Below are positions 58,937-64,000 of a DNA stretch of 64,000 nucleotides, piece by piece. The position numbers and the translations under genes are program-made. The stretch lies in contig JBDHKN010000002.1 in the NCBI GenBank assembly GCA_039586365.1, positions 64,001 to 128,000 on the forward strand. The letters run 5' to 3'. The notes beneath the pieces were generated by a model. The model saw only the letters and a program-made list of their open reading frames with translations. It had not been told where the DNA came from and did not search any database. The stretch is from Gemmatimonadota bacterium (GTDB lineage Bacteria; Gemmatimonadota; Gemmatimonadetes; Gemmatimonadales; GWC2-71-9). How positions within the stretch are numbered: position 1 is the first letter of the stretch; each line of letters begins with the position of its first letter.

Positions 58937-61642
58937 CTATTCCACCGCTAGAGCCGACAGAGGATCCACTCTGAGCGCTCTCCAGGCGGGAATCAGACAT
59001 GCGATCAGTGCCACCACGGCAAACAGCAGGCTTACCCCTACGAATGTTGCCGGATCGGTCGGCTCGATGGTGAACAGCATCTGCTGGATCAATCGGGTGA
59101 CCCAGTAGGCCCCCACCAACCCGAGCACTATCCCGACGGCCACCAGTGTCACGCCCTGCTTCAGAACCAGCCGCACAATGTCCCTGGCTCCCGCGCCCAG
59201 TGCCACGCGAATGCCGATCTCGTGGACCCGCCGGCTCACGTAGTAGGCAAGTACGCCGTAGAGCCCAATGGCGGCGAGAGACAGCGCCACTGCGGCAAAC
59301 AGTGTGAGCGACAGTGCCATGACTCTGTCCCGCGATACCGTGCGAGCGATGACATCGCTCATCGTGCTGAGTTCCTCGATCGGAATGTCGCGGTCGTGAC
59401 TCCAGACGATCTGGCGTAGCTCCCCTGCAATCGACGTTGGCTCGAGGGCTGTGCGAATGGCCATGCGCATGGTGTACAGCGGCCGTTGGTAGTACGAGCC
59501 GTACATGGCGAGCCTGGGATTGAAGCGAGGCCCGCTCACGCGCACGTCTCCCACCACACCGATCACTTCGTAGGCGACCTCCTCACCCTGGTCCACCACG
59601 ACCTGCCGCCCGATGGGATCTTCCTCGGGGAACAGTGTCTCGGCCATGGTCTGGTTGATGACCAGCACGCGGGAAGATCCCTCGGCATCGGTACGCTCGA
59701 TGCCCCGCCCCTGTAGCAGGGGAATAGCCATGGCCTCGAAGTACCCCGGGAACACCGTGCGCGTGTATGCAACGTTGCGGTCGTTGGGATCGAGCGGTGG
59801 CCTGTCGGCGGCGTAGACGTAGATGTTGTTGCCGGGATCCCGGACCGGAAGCTGGTTGATGACCGCCACAGCGGTGACTCCCGGGATCGCCTCCACGTCT
59901 TCAGTCAGCTCAGAGTAGAAGTTGATCCGTTGCTCCGGGTCGGAGAACTTCTCTTGGGTCAGCCGGATCTCAGCGGTGAGGAGGCTCTGGGCATCGAACC
60001 CGGGGTCCACTCGCCTGAGATTCGCGAAGCTCCGAATCAACAGTCCGGATCCGATGAGCAGGATGACCGAAACAGCTACCTGAGCTATCACTAGTGCGCT
60101 GCGGAACCGTGAGCCACCGGAATCGGTGGTCCGGGCGCTCGACTTGATGTCTTCCACCACGTTCGTCTGCGCGGCGCGCAGGGCGGGCAGGATCCCAAAC
60201 AGCAACCCCGTGGCAACCGTGAGAATGAGGGCGAAACCGAGCATCGAACCCGAAATGCCCTGGCTCTCCATGCCCGGAACGTCGATCGGCAGGAACTGCA
60301 GGATCAGTTTCTGAAACCAGACAGCGAGGACGGTTCCCAGAATGCCGGCACCTGCTGCGGTCACCACGGACTCGGTGAGCAGTTGCCGCATCAGGCGCGC
60401 TCCCGAAGCGCCGAGCGCGGCGCGGATGGACAACTCCGTGCGCCGTACCGAGCCTCTCGCCAGGAGGAGGCTGCCCACGTTGCCACAGGCGATGAGCAGT
60501 ACGAGCCCGACGGCGGCCATTAGCAGGAGTACGCTGGTGCGATAGTCCTCGGTCAGGGCTTCGTGCAGTTCGCTCAGCAGCAGCGCCTTGTCCCGGTTGG
60601 TCTCGGGGTACTCGCTCGCTAGCTGTGCCGAGATCACATCCATCTCGGCCTGAGCCTGTTCGATTGCGACACTCGGCCTGAGGCGGCCTACCAGCAGCCA
60701 ATTGTGCCAGCGCCTCGCATTGGCCATCGGCCCATCACGGTACATGGGCACCCACAAGTCGACGTCGTGCAGGAAGTGAAAACCCGCCGGCATGATGCCA
60801 ACGATGGTCAGTGGAGAACCGTTCACCGCTATCGATTGCCCTACCGCGTCCACTGTCCCACCGAATCTACGCTGCCAGTATCCGTGGCTTAGCATCACCA
60901 CGTCGCTGCCCCCCGGCTCCCCCTCCTCGCGGGCGAAGTGACGACCCGCCTCGGCGGACACACCCAGCGTACGAAACAGATCCCACGACACGAACGTGCC
61001 GGCTATCTGTTGCGGCTCATCTCCGCCCGTAACCGTCACATCGATCGCCCCGAACAGTATCGCGCCCAGCGACTCGAACACGCGATTCCGCTCACGGTAG
61101 TCGAAGTAGTCGTAGGCGGACGCCATGGGGTTGGGGCTGCCGTTGAACGTCGCCCGTCCGAGCACGAGCTTGTCCGGTTCGGGAAACGGCAGCGGCCGGA
61201 TGAGCGCCCGGTTCATCGTGCCGAACATGGCGACATTGGCGCCGATGCCGACCGCAAGGATGAGAACGACCAGTGCGGTGAATCCGGGCCTCTTGGCGAC
61301 GCCTCGCAACGCGTAGCGAATGTCCTGCAGGACGGAACTCGTCATGTTTCCAACTCCCGATCTGCAAACGTCAGATGGTGGTGCGGTGTGAAGCTTCCCT
61401 TGCGGGAGTCCGCTCCTGATTACCGCAAAGTGTCGTCGGAGGGCTGCTGAGACAGTGTCGCTCAGAATATCGATACCGAAACGCATGCCGCCGGCGAATC
61501 CCCGATAACGAGCTTCCGCTCGCTGAGCCGCGTATGCCTCCACAAGCTGTTCCCGGTACTGCCTGCGGAAGCTCCGCGGGTAGAGCAACATGAGCAGCCG
61601 GTAAAGCGAGCTGGCCCGCCGACGGTGCCTTTGCTGACTCAT
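58937..61642 (-). CDS. ADOP-type duplicated orphan ABC permease
   Basis: LYRLLMLLYPRSFRRQY prefix, GIGANVAMF, LLIACGNVGSLLLAR, EIGIRVALGA, RALRVDP. Confidence 0.92.
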   Translation of the reverse strand: MSQQRHRRRASSLYRLLMLLYPRSFRRQYREQLVEAYAAQRAEARYRGFAGGMRFGIDILSDTVSAALRRHFAVIRSGLPQGKLHTAPPSDVCRSGVGNMTSSVLQDIRYALRGVAKRPGFTALVVLILAVGIGANVAMFGTMNRALIRPLPFPEPDKLVLGRATFNGSPNPMASAYDYFDYRERNRVFESLGAILFGAIDVTVTGGDEPQQIAGTFVSWDLFRTLGVSAEAGRHFAREEGEPGGSDVVMLSHGYWQRRFGGTVDAVGQSIAVNGSPLTIVGIMPAGFHFLHDVDLWVPMYRDGPMANARRWHNWLLVGRLRPSVAIEQAQAEMDVISAQLASEYPETNRDKALLLSELHEALTEDYRTSVLLLMAAVGLVLLIACGNVGSLLLARGSVRRTELSIRAALGASGARLMRQLLTESVVTAAGAGILGTVLAVWFQKLILQFLPIDVPGMESQGISGSMLGFALILTVATGLLFGILPALRAAQTNVVEDIKSSARTTDSGGSRFRSALVIAQVAVSVILLIGSGLLIRSFANLRRVDPGFDAQSLLTAEIRLTQEKFSDPEQRINFYSELTEDVEAIPGVTAVAVINQLPVRDPGNNIYVYAADRPPLDPNDRNVAYTRTVFPGYFEAMAIPLLQGRGIERTDAEGSSRVLVINQTMAETLFPEEDPIGRQVVVDQGEEVAYEVIGVVGDVRVSGPRFNPRLAMYGSYYQRPLYTMRMAIRTALEPTSIAGELRQIVWSHDRDIPIEELSTMSDVIARTVSRDRVMALSLTLFAAVALSLAAIGLYGVLAYYVSRRVHEIGIRVALGAGARDIVRLVLKQGVTLVAVGIVLGLVGAYWVTRLIQQMLFTIEPTDPATFVGVSLLFAVVALIACLIPAWRALRVDPLSALAVE

Positions 61643-62004
61643 CAGGCCGGCTTCGTGCCGCCGAGGGAGGCTCGCGCGTGCTGCACCGTCTGCTCGAGAC
61701 GCGCCACTTCGGTCTGCAACACCTGCCTACCGAACCGTGTGAGGCGATAGTAGCGGCGCTGCGCCTGATCGACTTCCCGCGCGGGTCTCCGGGGTGATTC
61801 GTCGATGAGGCCCAGCTCCACCATGCGCTGGATCGATTCGTAGAGTGTTCCTGGCCCCAGCTTCACCACCCCGCCGGTCTGTTGTTCCACCTCCTGCTTC
61901 ACGGCGTAGCCGTGGCGCTCGCCACCGGCTAGCACCAGCAGGATGTGAAACACCGCCGGTCTGAGAGGCTGGAGTTGCTTGATCCGGTGAGATACGTCGG
62001 TCAC
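61642..62004 (-). CDS. PadR family regulator
   Basis: PLRPAVFHILLVLA.GERHGYA, LGPGTLY, RRYYRLT..GR; GTG start inferred. Confidence 0.9.
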   Translation of the reverse strand: MTDVSHRIKQLQPLRPAVFHILLVLAGGERHGYAVKQEVEQQTGGVVKLGPGTLYESIQRMVELGLIDESPRRPAREVDQAQRRYYRLTRFGRQVLQTEVARLEQTVQHARASLGGTKPA

Positions 62005-62048
62005 GAGGATCCCCCGCACCGAGAAGACATATCGTATCCCGTCATACG

Positions 62049-62063
62049 TATCGGAAACCGATA
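62049..62063. promoter_or_regulatory. Candidate PadR operator TATCGG-N3-CCGATA
   Basis: Perfect 6-3-6 palindrome about 45 bp upstream of the padR start. Confidence 0.55.
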
Positions 62064-62196
62064 TGGTTTCAGCCATGTCATTGGCGCAGACCGCGGCGAA
62101 CGGGACCCTGACTGCTAGGCTCGCTCATTCACCGCCAATGTGACCGAAACCGGGGGCTCTAGGGTATCAGGACTGAATAGGCCCCAGGAGATGGTC

Positions 62197-63444
62197 ATGC
62201 AGCGATTGCTTCGTTCGCTCCCGCCCTTTGCCGCAGCCATCCTGCTCGTGAGTTGCGACCTCTTCGGACCCGGTGATGATCTGATCACGGGTCTCCCCCG
62301 CGAATTGAGCATTGCCGAAGGCAAGCTGATCCAGGCAGACAACACGTTCGCCTTCAACCTGTTCCGCGAGATCAACGAGCAAGCGGGCGACTCGAACATC
62401 TTCATCTCACCGCTCAGCGTGGCCATGGCTTTGGGGATGACGTACAACGGTGCGGCCGGTGCCACTCGAGAAGCGATGCAGCAGACCCTGGCACTCGAGG
62501 GGATGATGTTGGAGGAGATCAACCAGGCTTACCGCGATCTCATCGATCTGCTGCGGAAGCTCGACCACAGAGTGGAGTTCACCCTCGCCAACTCGATCTG
62601 GTATCGCGACACGTGGACCTTCAACTCGGACTTCCTCGAGACAACCCGCACGTACTTCGACGCGGAGGTGGCAGCCCTGGACTTCAGCAATCCCCAGGCG
62701 GGACGGACGATCAATGACTGGGTCAACGACAAGACCAACGGTAAGATCCCGGAGATTGTACCTCAACAGATCCCGATCTACATCGTCATGTACCTGATCA
62801 ACGCGATCTACTTCAAGGCCGACTGGGCGGCTCAGTTCGACAAGAGCCTGACCGAGGACGGCCCGTTCACGCTCAAGGACGGCTCGCAGATCACCGCCAA
62901 GATGATGTGGCACGACGAGCCCGCTCGAGTGTGGCGGCACCGCGGGCAGGACATCAACGTTGTGGACGTGCCGTATGGCGGGCGCGCGTTCAGCATGACC
63001 ATACTGATTCCCGACACTCCTACCGCTATTGATTCCGTCGGCGGCGCGCTCACGCAGCAGCAGTGGGACCTCTGGATAGCGGGACTCGATTCGACCAGCC
63101 TGGTGATCTCCATGCCCAAGTTCACCATCGAGTACGAGATCGGTCTGAACCAGACGCTGGACTCACTCGGCATGGGTGTGGCATTCCAGCCTTATGTTGC
63201 GGACTTCAGTCGCATGTGCTGCCGGCCGGGCGACATCTACATCGACAGCGTGAAACACAAAGCCTTTGTGGACGTGAACGAGGAGGGTACGGAAGCGGCG
63301 GCGGCTACATCCGTGGGCATAGCGCCCGTATCTGCAGGGCCACCGAGTTTGGTCATCGACCGGCCCTTCGTGTTCGTGATCCGCGAGAAGTACTCGGGCA
63401 CGATCCTGTTCATGGGGAAGGTGATGGACCCGACGGCGGGTTAG
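62197..63444 (+). CDS. Serpin, predicted lipoprotein
   Basis: NIFISPLSV.MAL, LINAIYFK..W, hinge EEGTEAAAAT, DRPFVFVIRE..SGTILFMG; lipobox LVSC. Confidence 0.95.
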   Translation: MQRLLRSLPPFAAAILLVSCDLFGPGDDLITGLPRELSIAEGKLIQADNTFAFNLFREINEQAGDSNIFISPLSVAMALGMTYNGAAGATREAMQQTLALEGMMLEEINQAYRDLIDLLRKLDHRVEFTLANSIWYRDTWTFNSDFLETTRTYFDAEVAALDFSNPQAGRTINDWVNDKTNGKIPEIVPQQIPIYIVMYLINAIYFKADWAAQFDKSLTEDGPFTLKDGSQITAKMMWHDEPARVWRHRGQDINVVDVPYGGRAFSMTILIPDTPTAIDSVGGALTQQQWDLWIAGLDSTSLVISMPKFTIEYEIGLNQTLDSLGMGVAFQPYVADFSRMCCRPGDIYIDSVKHKAFVDVNEEGTEAAAATSVGIAPVSAGPPSLVIDRPFVFVIREKYSGTILFMGKVMDPTAG

Positions 63445-63844
63445 TATTTGACCTGTCGCCTGATCTGTCGATAGAACGGGCGCCGGCGCGCTGCGAAACC
63501 GCCACATCGATTGGCGAAGCAGCCGTCGTCGCATTGGGCCACGAGTGGCCCGACCTCTCGTTCTTTGATGCGGCTGGTCGACTCTGGGTAACTTATAGGT
63601 ATCCGGATCCGAGCGATCGTGATAGAAACGTCCCCGAGCGGCGGCACGGACGTTTCGCCACCGCAGCCCGGCTGGTGTGACTGGGCGTTGAGCAGATTTC
63701 GCAGGGCCGACACGACAGTGGGTCCCGTTGGCTGTCAGCTCGTCGTTTGATTCAGGGATGATTTCAATGGTTTCGAAGAAGCAGCAACCAAGTACCGACA
63801 CCCCAACCGTATACTCACGGGAGGAGGCGGAGCGTGTCCGCGCA

Positions 63845-64000
63845 ATGGCCATGAGGTCTGACGCGGCGCCGCTATGCCCACGGTGCGACGAGGCTCTCAC
63901 AGTGGGGCCGGCCGTCTACCATCAGAGACATGGTGAGCGGTACATGATTCGGGCGCTGACCTGTCCGGTATGCCACCGCTGCCTTTCAATCAAGGACATG
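63845..64000 (+). CDS. Small zinc-ribbon protein (runs off window)
   Basis: MAMRSDAAPLCPRCDEAL...LTCPVCHRC; purine-rich GGAGGAGGCGGAG upstream. Confidence 0.5.
   Translation, partial: MAMRSDAAPLCPRCDEALTVGPAVYHQRHGERYMIRALTCPVCHRCLSIKDM

Noticed and set aside
1..64000. CRISPR array, rRNA, tRNA, integrase or intact transposase
   Set aside because: No regularly spaced repeats, RNA gene signatures or recombinase motifs were found by eye; only an IS6 fragment

Overview
GC-rich bacterial chromosomal DNA, most likely from a Gemmatimonadota-like organism. This is inferred from the Ser/Thr kinases starting ALADRY..ERELGxGGMATVY and from the PadR plus duplicated orphan permease pairs. The left end holds a partial Ser/Thr kinase, a PadR-ADOP permease pair, a DinB-family gene, an Fpg/Nei glycosylase and a large fused PurL. 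From about 10.5 to 52.5 kb there is a long run of mostly minus-strand, small, functionally unrelated accessory genes (methyltransferases, GNATs, VOC, cupin, DUF1330, SRPBCC, DUF3224, TfoX, FRG, DHFR-like and others). It is interrupted by a TetR-TolC-MFP-RND efflux operon and contains several pseudogenes and gene scraps. The right end holds a TetR operon, an IS6 relic, a second kinase-TPR gene, a second PadR-ADOP pair and a lipoprotein serpin. No rRNA, tRNA, CRISPR array or intact mobile element was seen. The best candidate for a hidden system is a decayed integron-like cassette array: some genes are flanked by RYYYAAC/GTTRRRY and attC-like relics, but no integrase is present in the window. Other highlights are candidate PadR and TetR operators read directly from the DNA, an unannotated tandem paralog pair, a plant/animal-type PurL and a serpin with an elastase-type reactive loop. 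All family assignments come from motif recognition, not database searches.
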